The notes under the pieces are model-generated. The model made no database searches. It saw nothing but the letters and a program-made list of their open reading frames with translations, and was not told the DNA's origin. Positions 54,986-64,000 of a stretch of DNA of 64,000 bases are shown here, one piece after another (positions within the stretch are counted from its first letter, which is position 1; each line of letters begins with the position of its first letter). A program made the position numbers and the translations under genes. The stretch is from assembly GCA_041737255.1 (NCBI GenBank), contig JBGSSB010000073.1, forward strand, positions 7,954 through 71,953, in the 5' to 3' direction. This DNA comes from Chlamydiales bacterium (GTDB lineage Bacteria; Chlamydiota; Chlamydiia; Chlamydiales; FEN-1388).

Positions 54986-56299
54986 ATGGAGAAAACCATG
55001 AAACTAATGAAATACTTATTGCCACTCGCAATGGCAGTATGCGGTATGACCACAATGAACGCCGACGGGGACTTTTCATCAGTCCAGGAAGCTCGCGAAA
55101 GGGATCCAGACGCTGTTCTAGATTACCTTAAGTCAAAGCGCGCTATCACAATGGCGGAAAAAGGTGGCAACTTGACCATCAGCGGAGACATCCAAGTTGA
55201 ATGGGATTATATGAAGTGCAGAACAGACGGCATGAAAATGCGCGGCTCCGGCTCTGCAAAGAGAAAGGCACCAACAAAGCCTGATTATACACCTTTTGCT
55301 ACAAGCGAGTTTGACACTGAAGTTAACTTGATGTTTGACTACAGAACAGATCGCACATGGGCTGCTATCCAGTTCAAATACGACAATCCAATGGGTATTC
55401 GTCAAGCACGTATAGATCCAAGAAAGCGTCCTAACGATAAAGAGCGTAACCGCCTTTTTGGAAGCGGCGTAGTATCTAACATCGAAATGCGCAAAGCGTA
55501 TATGGGCTACAACTTCATCGACGAAGGTACATCACGTTTAGATCTAGAAATCGGTCATCGCCGTCTTTATGACGTGTTTGATTCTGAAGTTCAGTTCTAC
55601 AACTACTTTGATGGTGCATTGTTGAAGTATGCTCATAGCTTTGATGGCTTAACTGATTTTACTGCTAAAGCTGCTGCTTTTGTGGTTGATTCAGCAGTTA
55701 ACCATTTCGGCTACGTTGCTGAACTTGGTTTCCTTAACATTACTGACACAGGCCTTGATCTTAAGTATTCGATCATCGACTGGCAGAGAAATGGCGCGAA
55801 CCGTTATGGACACAAAAAGCCACGTGGTGCTGATTTCCTAGTATCTCAGTACACAGCTGCATACACACTACCAGCTGACATGGTTCCTTGCAAAACTAAA
55901 TTTTATGGCGCTTTCCTCCATAACTCAGAAGCTAAAAAAACTCACTTCTCAAACTACAAGAAAGCTGACAATGCTTGGTATGTTGGTGTGAAGATGGGCG
56001 AAGTTCGCAAGAAAGGCGACTGGGCTGTAGATGTAAACTACCAGTGGGTAGAAGCTCAATCAGTACCTGAAACAGATGTATCTGGTATTAAGAGAGACAA
56101 TCCAACAGGTACTTCTTTCTATGATGAGTCTTGGGGTGGTTTTGCTAACTACAAAGGTTACAAAATTGATGGTTTCTACGCCTTTACTGACAACCTCACA
56201 ATGAACGCTTCTTTCGAGAAAGTTCGTGAGTGCAAACGCAGCATCGGTGGTAAGCATCGCTCTCATCAGTTCCAACTCTCAGCAATCTACGCTTTCTAA
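54986..56299 (+). CDS. Putative outer-membrane beta-barrel porin
   Basis: The signal peptide is MKLMKYLLPLAMAVCGMTTMNA. Alternating amphipathic beta-strand patterns run throughout, with aromatic girdle residues and a C-terminal ...QLSAIYAF ending in Phe. The mature part has only 3 Cys. The exact start is uncertain among 54986, 54998 and 55007. Confidence 0.6.
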   Translation: MEKTMKLMKYLLPLAMAVCGMTTMNADGDFSSVQEARERDPDAVLDYLKSKRAITMAEKGGNLTISGDIQVEWDYMKCRTDGMKMRGSGSAKRKAPTKPDYTPFATSEFDTEVNLMFDYRTDRTWAAIQFKYDNPMGIRQARIDPRKRPNDKERNRLFGSGVVSNIEMRKAYMGYNFIDEGTSRLDLEIGHRRLYDVFDSEVQFYNYFDGALLKYAHSFDGLTDFTAKAAAFVVDSAVNHFGYVAELGFLNITDTGLDLKYSIIDWQRNGANRYGHKKPRGADFLVSQYTAAYTLPADMVPCKTKFYGAFLHNSEAKKTHFSNYKKADNAWYVGVKMGEVRKKGDWAVDVNYQWVEAQSVPETDVSGIKRDNPTGTSFYDESWGGFANYKGYKIDGFYAFTDNLTMNASFEKVRECKRSIGGKHRSHQFQLSAIYAF

Positions 56300-56327
56300 T
56301 CTTAACCGATTAAAAGTGAATGATTCT

Positions 56328-56361
56328 AAAAAAGGGCTCCCAAAAGGAGCCCTTTTTTTTT
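56328..56361 (+). terminator. Rho-independent terminator of the porin gene (A-tract / T-tract flanked, potentially bidirectional)
   Basis: AAAAAA-GGGCTCC-caaaa-GGAGCCC-TTTTTTTTT, read directly. Confidence 0.85.
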
Positions 56362-56600
56362 GCCTACGCCCAAGTCTTATAAAGCTGTCTTAGTGTTTCA
56401 TACATTAATGTGCTATTGATCTCACTGAGCGCTTCTCAGGCAAAAAATCTCTCATCATTTGTCACATTATCGATAAATAACAAGACATGCAGGATCACTC
56501 GATGCCAGGGCAAGCAAAATAATCTTAAATGATAAGAAAAGTATAACGATAAAATGATAAAGGAAACTACAAGTGGCGATGCTCATGTTTCAGCAGTAAG

Positions 56601-56790
56601 TTTGTTCTTGAGCTTTAGCTCTATGGAGTCCGAGCGCAGCATGCGCCGCTCTCAATTTCATCGTAAATCCTTACTTAGATAGAATCAAAGCAACATTGTC
56701 CTTACTCTAGCCTCGAGGCATTTCGTGAAAGAGTCTCGGTCTAAAATGAGAGCGGTGCAAAACTCAAGAGAGCTAAAGCTGAAGGGCAAA
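56601..56790. other. 190-nt element closed by a 22-bp inverted repeat with a second nested stem (candidate structured ncRNA or MITE-like relic)
   Basis: 56601-56622 (TTTGTTCTTGAGCTTTAGCTCT) pairs with 56769-56790 (AGAGCTAAAGCTGAAGGGCAAA) as 19 Watson-Crick pairs, 2 G:U and 1 mismatch. The inner stem pairs 56646-56658 with 56743-56755. A local GCGC-AGCAT-GCGC hairpin and the 10-bp palindrome GCCTCGAGGC (56710-56719) lie inside. Confidence 0.5.
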
Positions 56791-56838
56791 TTCTACATTA
56801 AGCCATTCTTTGAAAAAGTGCATAAGCCCCCCCCCTAG

Positions 56839-57001
56839 GCCGGGGCCTGGCTTCCTATGAACTTGGATCGCCGTACGAACCATAAATAGGTTCAAAATTG
56901 TGGAAATAAAAGGTAGAGCATCGAGGTTTTGAGGGCAAGATTGCATTTGCCGATTGCACCCACAAGTTCCGTTGAGATTAGCAAGGAAGCCAAGCCACGG
57001 C
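56839..57001. other. 163-nt element closed by a 17-bp imperfect inverted repeat with nested hairpins (second candidate structured RNA)
   Basis: GCCGGGGCCTGGCTTCC (56839-56855) pairs with GGAAGCCAAGCCACGGC (56985-57001) at 15 of 17 positions. The next stem is GAACTTG (56859-56865) with CAAGTTC (56963-56969). Internal hairpins are GAACC-ataaata-GGTTC (56877-56893) and GGCAA-gattgcat-TTGCC (56934-56951). Confidence 0.45.
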
Positions 57002-57061
57002 TTGAAGAACGTGCAAATAATGATACGTTAACTGAGTAAATCCTTCAGCTTGCTGTTCAAG

Positions 57062-58840
57062 TTATAGCTGAGTCATTTCAGCTTCGTAAAGCTTTTGTGC
57101 AGGATACCCTTCAGGGAACTGGATTTGCTTTTGTTTGAAGCTAAAAAAGGCAACTGGCACGTGATGCTGCCACGTTGCTTTTAGGGTACGAATACTTTCA
57201 GCATGATGAACTGGAAGAAATATGGCGACAGATGTTCCCCGTTCTAGTGCATTTTTGATGATTGTGCCGGCTGCTGCTTCAGGATTTAGCTCATCTAGTA
57301 CATAGAGTTCATTTTGTAGATTAAAGCGGCGTAAAAGGCGCTTGTATAAGGGTACTGGTGCTCTATTTTCGTTAAGGACAAAGAGGTGCATCCTTCGTGA
57401 TTGAGATCCCGTTAAAATTGCAGACCAGGGCCATGGTGGAAGTGTGGAAAAAAAGAGTGCCGGTGCATGCCCCTCAAGATTTGATTTTCCGTGAACAATT
57501 GCATTAAACTTAAAGCGAGAGAGCAGCATATAAAAAAACCGTGTGACATAGCCGGATATTGCTACTGTTATAGCTGTTACGTAAAATAGCGCAATGATGC
57601 CAACAGCTAAAAAGCCTGTATCAGCTCGTATGCCGAGAACTTCACTTAACAAATAAAGCATTCCTGCCGAAAGCAAGACCCCAAAAAAACCTAAAAAGTT
57701 GGTTGTAGCTATAACTTGGCCCCTGATGGTCTTGGGGCTGGCTAGTTGAATATAGGAATCAAGTGGTACAAGGTACAGTCCACCAAAGATGCCAATTAAT
57801 ACAATGAGGATGATTTCTAGGACTACATAGCTACGAAAGACATTTAGTAGGATAAAGCAAAGGGCTATTCCGTAGCCACCAATAGGAACAAGCCCCAGTT
57901 CTACAGTTTTTCCAGAGAGCTTACCGGCAAGAAGTGATCCTGCACCTATTCCTAGAGCTGTGAGAAGAAAAAGGTAGCCACCCTGCACATCTGTCAGCCC
58001 AAGAGTTTCAAGAGCAAAAGGGATCATGTTTAATTGTGCATATGATCCCATAAATAAAAAGAATGCTGAGCCAAATACAGCACTAAGTAATGAGGGCTGT
58101 TTAGCGATGAGGCGTAGGTTTATAAAGAGCTCGCTAATAAAACGAGGGCTTATTTTCTTTTGCGAGCCTGAGGGCGCGGTTTTGGGGATCTTTAGGCTGG
58201 AAAAAATTCCAAGAACAGCAAAAAGTATGGTAGCACATGAGGCCAGGATAAAATTGTGGCCGCTCATATCAGTAAGAAAAGAAGCTAAAAAAGTGCCTAA
58301 AATAATGGCAACATAAGTAAATGATGCAACTATACCATTTGCTTTTGATATTTTATCTTGTGAAACAATTTCTGGTACGATTCCGTACTTACAAGGAGCA
58401 AAGATAGCGCTGTGACAGGCAAGTAAAAACAGGGCTCCATAGGCAAGTGACTTGCTTTCTAAAGAAAACGACACTAGCCCTAGCACCATCACGCAACATT
58501 CAACAATTTTCACAATAATTATGATGGATCGCTTACTGTAACGGTCGGCCATTGTTCCTGCTGTTGAGGAAAGAAAGAGAAATGGCAGCACATATATGGC
58601 GCCAACGGAGGCTAAAATTTTGTTGCTAGCAGCAGCGCCTTCTAAAGCAATAAAGCAGTAAACGATAAGCAGTTTATAAATATTATCATTCATGGCACCT
58701 AAAAACTGCGTGCAGTTTAAAAAGCCAAAAGGGCCCATCTGCAGTTTAGCAAACTGGCGTTGAAAAAAGGAAAAGCGAGAATTAGTCACATCACACGGAA
58801 GTTTATTCATAAAAACATCATATTTTATCTTACAGTCCAT
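57062..58840 (-). CDS. MFS transporter (lysophospholipid-transporter LplT-like) fused to a degenerate acyltransferase-like C-terminal domain
   Basis: About 420 aa form a 12-TM MFS core (MADRYSKRSIIII; LSGKTVELGLVPIGG). A soluble tail of about 170 aa follows (FNAIVHGKSNLEGHAPALFFSTLPPWPWSAIL...), laid out like a PlsC-type domain but without an H-x4-D motif. Confidence 0.55.
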   Translation of the reverse strand: MDCKIKYDVFMNKLPCDVTNSRFSFFQRQFAKLQMGPFGFLNCTQFLGAMNDNIYKLLIVYCFIALEGAAASNKILASVGAIYVLPFLFLSSTAGTMADRYSKRSIIIIVKIVECCVMVLGLVSFSLESKSLAYGALFLLACHSAIFAPCKYGIVPEIVSQDKISKANGIVASFTYVAIILGTFLASFLTDMSGHNFILASCATILFAVLGIFSSLKIPKTAPSGSQKKISPRFISELFINLRLIAKQPSLLSAVFGSAFFLFMGSYAQLNMIPFALETLGLTDVQGGYLFLLTALGIGAGSLLAGKLSGKTVELGLVPIGGYGIALCFILLNVFRSYVVLEIILIVLIGIFGGLYLVPLDSYIQLASPKTIRGQVIATTNFLGFFGVLLSAGMLYLLSEVLGIRADTGFLAVGIIALFYVTAITVAISGYVTRFFYMLLSRFKFNAIVHGKSNLEGHAPALFFSTLPPWPWSAILTGSQSRRMHLFVLNENRAPVPLYKRLLRRFNLQNELYVLDELNPEAAAGTIIKNALERGTSVAIFLPVHHAESIRTLKATWQHHVPVAFFSFKQKQIQFPEGYPAQKLYEAEMTQL

Positions 58841-58924
58841 TCTAGAACAACAACATAAAATAGAGGAGCAAAAAAGTATCCGGTCCTTGTTGTTTGCTCC
58901 CTGATCTTCTATACTTCTCTAATT

Positions 58925-61855
58925 ATGAATAAAGACATATGCCCTACAGTCTATATGAGCAATAGCATTGAACAGCTATTCGTTCGGCTAAAAGAGGAAA
59001 TTGGCTCTCAGCTACAAAATCCCTTTTATACAGTAGAAATTATCGTTCCGGATGCGCACGTAAAAACTGTGGTGGCTTTAGAGCTTGCAAAATCTAGAGA
59101 TGTTTTATTTGGAGTTGAGCTTACCACTCTCCTAGAGCTCTCCCAAAAGGTTTCGGGCACTAGCTTTTTAGATATGGTTATAGCGGCGACGGGTGTAGGC
59201 CTTAATGGTGAGGCTGCGGTAAAGCTTGCTAATGAACTTGTTTTAGAGATGTGGTATGGATGTGTAAAGGAAGCAGAAAAGCCCCCAGCGTATCATTTGG
59301 CAAAACAAAGACTCTCTTTGCGAGCAATACAACAAAGAATCCCAGATCAAACGCATCTCTTTGGGGTCTCTGCGCTCTGTCCACTTGTGAATGATTACTT
59401 ATTTGAGAGATGCTCACATGCGGATGTTATCTATTACGTCCTTTCTGCTTGTATGCATTTTTGGAGTGATATCTGCTCTGATCAAGAAGCAAAAAGGCTT
59501 ACTCGTAGAGTAAATGCAAAGCATGCGCAAGCACTGGCGGGCTATTTATACGATCGCTCCAAACTTTTGGCTAACAATGGTACTCGTGCAAGAGAATTCA
59601 TGAGCTACTTAGAAGAAAAACTTTCTGATTTTCATGAAGAGTATGTCATAAAGAATTGGGTTGCTAAAGACGTTGCCTACTCTGAATCTCTGCGTCTAGA
59701 GGCTGTCTGTAGGGTTATTGAGTCCCAGCCTACCCTATTAGACGTTCTGCAAAATGATTTATTACTCATGGGAAGGGGCGACCATAAAAGAATTGATTTT
59801 TCTAAATCAGATGGATCTGTTGAGCTACATAAAGCACCTACAGCTGCTCGAGAAGTAGAAATTTTATACCAATACATTCAGAAATTGCAGCCAACGCTAT
59901 CAGGACAGATTGTAGTTTTTGCCCCCGATATAGAGGTGTATAAACCTTATATCCAAAGTTTGTTTACTCATAACACTCAAATTATAGCAGCTAAAGAGGG
60001 TGTGATTTTACCACTGTTTTTACAGATAGTGCAGATGCCTTATAAGCGTATGCAGGCAAAAAAAATCTTTGAGCTATTTCAGTGTCGTCCCTTCCGTAAA
60101 AAATGTGGCATAGAGGCCGACGATTTATCAATGCTGGCAGCTTGTTTAGAGCTATTTGATACAAGCCAAGAGGCCTTTAAAGAGCAGGCTATTTTATCTT
60201 GGATTACATCATCAAAGCGATTGATAGAGCTTACAACAGGGGATGCTGAGGTAATAGGAAAGTGTCTTGCTACACTTGAGAGCCTTTATGGTGATATAAC
60301 CATTCTTACTGCAACGAAAACAAAGTCTTTAGATGAGTGGGTAAAGCTTTTTCTAATTATACTTGAGAAATATTTTGAACCATCGCTTGATGATGCAGAA
60401 GAGTTTTATGCAATCAAAGAGGCTCTAAAAATAGTCTGTCAAAATGAGAGCGCTAGTCATTTAGAAGCAATTGATCAAGAGCAGGCTTTAAGTATTGTTA
60501 AAGTGGCCATAGATGCTGCAGTAGAAAAAAGAGAGCATATTGCTCTTGCTCCAATTGTCTTTGCAAGTCTTGGGTGTGTGAGGATTCTTCCAAGGGAGGC
60601 TGTCTGTTTTCTTGGCATGAATGAAGGGTCGTTTCCTCGAGCTTCGTCGCAGTGGCTCAGAAAACTTGGATTTTTACATTCTGCAAAACCGCCCTATACA
60701 GTATCTACAATAGACCGTCATCTTTTTATTGAGGCGTTACTTACAACAACGCGTATGCTCTATATAAGCTACCAAAGCTACAGCTATGAAGACCGTAGTT
60801 TTTTGGAGCCAGCGGGAATCATCGAGGATATACTTGAAACACTTGATCTAGCTTGTACTATAGGCAATAAAATGCCTTCAGAGGTGCTTATAAATGACCA
60901 TCCGCTAGAATCGTGTAGCCAGGAGGGCTTAGTTCCACAGATACAAGTGCAGACATCTGTTTTGAAGTCGGTAAGCTCTGATTTTTCTGAGGTTATTTAT
61001 ACACACGAGCTGAGCCAGGTGGCAAGATCACCTCTAAAAGCCTATATGCAGCAAGGTCTTGGCTTATACTTGCGTGAATATAAGGCTAAAGTGCGCGCCA
61101 CAGAATTTGAAGTGCTAGATCCCAGGACTTTTGGTAGCATGAAAAAGCAGACATTTACTATGGCTGAAGATGAAGCTCGTTGCTATGCGCTGCAGCAGTA
61201 TCGATTTTTACCTATGGCGCTTAAGGTAGCCGCCTGCGAGCTTTTTGACGATGATATAGAGGCCCTTAAGAAGAATGCAAAGATCCTAGGAGTACAGATT
61301 GATGCATCTGTTGATATAGAGCTTTCTCTTACATCTAAAAGTGTTGAAGAGGTGTCACCGGGGATCTGGAAAATACCAGCTCTTACCTTCGTTATAGATG
61401 GAAAAACAGTTGCATTGGCAGGGCGTATTACGGGTCTTTATAAAGAAGGTGTTGTGGTATTTGATAAAAAGTCAAAACCTGCACTTTTTAAAGCGTGGCC
61501 AGAGATTCTTTTGGCAAATGTGCTAGCAGAGTCCTTTTCTATACAGCCAAAAGTTTTGTTTATTAAAGATGCTAAAGAGCAATCTTTTGCAATTGAGGAC
61601 CCCAGTAAGAGGCTTTCTGAGTATATAGCCTACGCGCTAGATTGTCGGAAAATGCCCTCATGTCTTTACCCAGACTGGATAGATGAGCTTAGTGCAGAAG
61701 AGGCCCCATCAGCAAAACTTACCGAACCCTCTGATTTTATAAAGAGCGATCCTTATCTCGAGCTGTATCTATCACGGGCTTCTTTAGGTGAGCTCAAGGC
61801 AGAATGGCCGCGATGGAAAGTCTATGTACAGAGTATTTTTAGGGGGGCTTTATGA
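58925..61855 (+). CDS. recC: RecC-like subunit of a RecBCD-type helicase-nuclease
   Basis: The N-terminus VYMSNSIEQLFVRLKEEI resembles the RecC start (VYHSN..L...L). The 976-aa size fits, and the stop overlaps the start of a clear recB (ATGA). Confidence 0.6.
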   Translation: MNKDICPTVYMSNSIEQLFVRLKEEIGSQLQNPFYTVEIIVPDAHVKTVVALELAKSRDVLFGVELTTLLELSQKVSGTSFLDMVIAATGVGLNGEAAVKLANELVLEMWYGCVKEAEKPPAYHLAKQRLSLRAIQQRIPDQTHLFGVSALCPLVNDYLFERCSHADVIYYVLSACMHFWSDICSDQEAKRLTRRVNAKHAQALAGYLYDRSKLLANNGTRAREFMSYLEEKLSDFHEEYVIKNWVAKDVAYSESLRLEAVCRVIESQPTLLDVLQNDLLLMGRGDHKRIDFSKSDGSVELHKAPTAAREVEILYQYIQKLQPTLSGQIVVFAPDIEVYKPYIQSLFTHNTQIIAAKEGVILPLFLQIVQMPYKRMQAKKIFELFQCRPFRKKCGIEADDLSMLAACLELFDTSQEAFKEQAILSWITSSKRLIELTTGDAEVIGKCLATLESLYGDITILTATKTKSLDEWVKLFLIILEKYFEPSLDDAEEFYAIKEALKIVCQNESASHLEAIDQEQALSIVKVAIDAAVEKREHIALAPIVFASLGCVRILPREAVCFLGMNEGSFPRASSQWLRKLGFLHSAKPPYTVSTIDRHLFIEALLTTTRMLYISYQSYSYEDRSFLEPAGIIEDILETLDLACTIGNKMPSEVLINDHPLESCSQEGLVPQIQVQTSVLKSVSSDFSEVIYTHELSQVARSPLKAYMQQGLGLYLREYKAKVRATEFEVLDPRTFGSMKKQTFTMAEDEARCYALQQYRFLPMALKVAACELFDDDIEALKKNAKILGVQIDASVDIELSLTSKSVEEVSPGIWKIPALTFVIDGKTVALAGRITGLYKEGVVVFDKKSKPALFKAWPEILLANVLAESFSIQPKVLFIKDAKEQSFAIEDPSKRLSEYIAYALDCRKMPSCLYPDWIDELSAEEAPSAKLTEPSDFIKSDPYLELYLSRASLGELKAEWPRWKVYVQSIFRGAL

Positions 61856-64000
61856 GTTTTGATGTGCTCGCTCGTGATTTACAGGTGAATCAACATATTC
61901 TATGCGAAGCTTCAGCCGGTACTGGCAAAACATTTACTATTGAGCATCTTTTTGTTCGTCGCTTAATTACCTCCCCTAAATGCTCAGTTAAAAATATAGC
62001 CGTACTTACCTTTACGAATGCAGTTGCAGGTGAGCTAGTCTTACGGCTTAAGAGAGCTCTTGAAAAGGCAATCGAAGATTTGCGAACAAAAAATGAAAAG
62101 GCTCCTGACTATATTTTTGCCATCATCGAGCAGGGGCATCAAAACGAGGTTGCAAACGAACTAGAAGTTGCACGAGATGAAATTGAATTTGCCGCGATTG
62201 ACACTATTCACGGCTTTTGTTTTCGCTGCTTGTCAGAGTATGTAACAGGAATCCTCAATGGTGATAAGGGAAAGTTTGCAACGGGAGCTGATGTTAGTTT
62301 TTGTATTGAAGAGTTTTTTAGAAGCGGCTTAGCATCCACTGTAGCGACTCATGCTGAGCTAAAAGTTCTTTTAAAAAAACATAGATCTGATTTTGCAGTG
62401 CTTTTAGAAAAGCTTTCTGAGGCTCTTTGGGCCGAAAAAGCAGCATGTGTAGGAGCTGTTACTGAGCTTGCGAAGTCTTTACAAAATATCCAGTGCCCGT
62501 GGGGGCCAGATGAGCTTTTAGCAAAGCTCGAAGAAGCATCGCACCATTTTAAGGGCATCCGATCAAAAGATGGGGAGCTAAAAGAGGGTGTGTTTGAATC
62601 AATGCAGGCTCTGAAGTTGTTTGTAGAGCATCCTAAAAGCGACATAGCTCTTAAAGGGCTTATTGAAAACCCCCTATTTGCCTCAGAGCTTTTTTCGGAT
62701 CCTAAAGCAAAATCGCTTGGGATGGAGATCCCTGTTTTAGCCTACGTACGCGAAATCGAACCATTGCTTATGGAGCTTGCCCATCCTGATGCTGTCTTTG
62801 AGAGGATGAGAGAAAGCTGTAAAAAGTTTGTAGAAGTTGAGCTTGAGCGCCGAGGTCTGTATTGCGTTGAAGAGCTTTTGTTGCGCATGGAAAAAAAACT
62901 TAGCGATCCGGCCTTTTGTGCCTATGTAAAAGAGCGCTTTTCTTGTGTCATCGTAGATGAATTTCAAGATACAGATTTACATCAGTGGAACATCATACAA
63001 ACTCTTTTTGTGAAAAATTGGCCTGGTGTTCTCTATTTGGTAGGGGATCCCAAGCAAGCAATTTATTCGTTTAGAAAGGCTGATGTCTACTGCTACATGC
63101 AGGCTAAGGTTCTTGAAAACCAGGCTGTGGTTACCCTTTCGAAAAACTTTCGATCAAGTCCTGATTTGGTTTCTGCGTTAAATACGTTATTTTGTGGCCC
63201 ACATACACCATCACTTTTTGTTTTGCCAAAGCTTAAAACAAGCCTTGATGTACCGCTGATTTCGTCGGGAGAAAAAGCTGAAAATCTATGCTCAGAAGAT
63301 GTTGGAGCTATTCATTTTTTTCAGGCAGCGACAACGCTTGGGAAAAAGCGAAACTGGCCCACTGAAGAGTTAGAAAAAGGATGCTACTACCCATATATTG
63401 CCCACGAGATAATGTCCCTAAAAGAGCAGGGACTGGCCTTTTCTTCTATAGCTGTATTAATAAAGGATCGATATCAAGCCGATAAACTTGCAACCTATTT
63501 GGCTTCCAGAGGGGTTCCTTGCTATTGCTGGAAAAAAAGAAGCGTTATTGAATCAGAGGCGCATAACTTCCTTCAGAGACTGTGCGCGTGTGTTGCTAAC
63601 TCAAAAGATCGCACTGCGCTTATAGACCTAATGATACAGAAACCCTTTGCCTATTCAAGCCAGCAGTGCGTGCGCTTGCGCGAGGATCTTCTCTTTTGGG
63701 CAGAGCATGTAACGCATTTGCATGAACTAAAACAAGGGTTTGATGAGGCGCAAGTTGCGGGGTTAGTCACTACACTGTTACAGAGTGTCTGGCCTGAGAG
63801 TGCAATGACGATGAAAGAAGCTGTTTGGAATGATAAGGAGTTTTTATTTGATCTTGAATCGCTTGTTGAGCTTTGCCTAGATCATTGCCAGACCCTCGAG
63901 GCGCTTCAAGAATATCTTCAAGCTTTAAAGAGATTTGTCAAAAAAGAAAAAGAGCAGCTGACTAGTCACTATGATCCACACGAAGAGGCCGTGCAAATTT
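61852..64000 (+). CDS. recB: RecB-like UvrD/Rep superfamily 1 helicase, N-terminal part; the 3' end lies outside the window
   Basis: Frame 1 is open from the ATG at 61852 to the window end, and it is not in the ORF track because no stop is reached. Walker A is CEASAGTGKTFTIEHL, motif II is CVIVDEFQDTD (about 62950) and motif III is LVGDPKQAIYSFRKAD (about 63040). Confidence 0.85.
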   Translation, partial: MSFDVLARDLQVNQHILCEASAGTGKTFTIEHLFVRRLITSPKCSVKNIAVLTFTNAVAGELVLRLKRALEKAIEDLRTKNEKAPDYIFAIIEQGHQNEVANELEVARDEIEFAAIDTIHGFCFRCLSEYVTGILNGDKGKFATGADVSFCIEEFFRSGLASTVATHAELKVLLKKHRSDFAVLLEKLSEALWAEKAACVGAVTELAKSLQNIQCPWGPDELLAKLEEASHHFKGIRSKDGELKEGVFESMQALKLFVEHPKSDIALKGLIENPLFASELFSDPKAKSLGMEIPVLAYVREIEPLLMELAHPDAVFERMRESCKKFVEVELERRGLYCVEELLLRMEKKLSDPAFCAYVKERFSCVIVDEFQDTDLHQWNIIQTLFVKNWPGVLYLVGDPKQAIYSFRKADVYCYMQAKVLENQAVVTLSKNFRSSPDLVSALNTLFCGPHTPSLFVLPKLKTSLDVPLISSGEKAENLCSEDVGAIHFFQAATTLGKKRNWPTEELEKGCYYPYIAHEIMSLKEQGLAFSSIAVLIKDRYQADKLATYLASRGVPCYCWKKRSVIESEAHNFLQRLCACVANSKDRTALIDLMIQKPFAYSSQQCVRLREDLLFWAEHVTHLHELKQGFDEAQVAGLVTTLLQSVWPESAMTMKEAVWNDKEFLFDLESLVELCLDHCQTLEALQEYLQALKRFVKKEKEQLTSHYDPHEEAVQI

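Noticed and set aside
56362-57061. Tested whether the ORF-free spacer is RNase P RNA, tmRNA or SRP RNA
   Set aside because: There is a GGAGUCCG / CGGCUU pair that could mimic P4 with a bulged U, and a CGGACUCCAUAGAGC stretch on the other strand. However, the near-universal GAGGAAAGUCC, GGGUGAAA...GGUAAGAGC and ACAGAAnCCGGCUUA blocks are absent. No tRNA-like ...GGTTCGA.TCC...CCACCA 3' end or tag ORF (tmRNA) is present, and there is no GGAA-tetraloop domain IV core (SRP). I kept it only as an unassigned structured region.
1-64000. CRISPR arrays, IS elements, transposases, integrases, prophage genes and rRNA
   Set aside because: No regularly spaced direct repeats, no DDE, tyrosine or serine recombinase motifs and no rRNA-like stretches were seen. 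The only tandem repeats are the 42-bp duplication at 34357-34440 and (TTC)5 at 41442-41456.

Overview
The window reads as a chromosomal segment from a member of the phylum Chlamydiota outside the Chlamydiaceae, the environmental or amoeba-associated type, at roughly 40-45% GC by eye. The lineage call rests on the gene set. It includes sigma-66-type RpoD, McsB, the UhpC hexose-phosphate transporter, a SodiT/DASS transporter, an LcrH/SycD-class type III secretion chaperone and a pGP5-D/pGP6-D-like ParA pair next to thrS. Several neighbourhoods match what I recall from Chlamydia trachomatis (pepP-mutL, tyrB/aspC-mreC, recC-recB, dus ... recA, thrS-minD-CT583). Those synteny statements come from memory and should be verified. 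About 45 protein genes are packed tightly, and many junctions overlap by 4 nt in the ATGA pattern. There are two tRNAs, Ala-GGC and Pro-GGG. I saw no rRNA, CRISPR array, IS element, transposase or integrase. Housekeeping and DNA-repair genes are mcsB, rpsT, rpoD, dinG, aspC, mreC, pepP, mutL, cca, trmH-like, rsgA, dusB, recA, recQ, ispA, rumA-like, uhpC, pepF, ung, sua5, hemB, thrS and recC/recB. Interspersed among them are eukaryote-like candidate effectors: an F-box/LRR protein, a classical HCX5R tyrosine phosphatase abutting recA, an 802-aa ankyrin protein and a USP-type deubiquitinase. Five regions are not explained by ordinary annotation. (1) A 3.7-kb accessory islet sits downstream of tRNA-Pro. 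It carries two AlbA_2/Schlafen-like genes and an XRE regulator, and one of the AlbA_2 genes is broken by a frameshift in an A6 run. (2) A 360-bp convergent spacer near hemB holds a 3-direct plus 2-inverted array of the 9-mer TGTTCAYAA, together with DnaA-box-like cores and a (TTC)5 tract. (3) A 700-bp ORF-free convergent spacer contains two independent long-range inverted-repeat structures and a C9 tract. (4) A translationally coupled three-gene operon upstream of recA encodes a PilM/GspL-like protein, a bitopic protein and a MORN lipoprotein. (5) A 986-aa orphan protein shows a weak papain-like Q-C...H...N-W motif order. All functional calls rest on motif recognition by eye. No database search was run.
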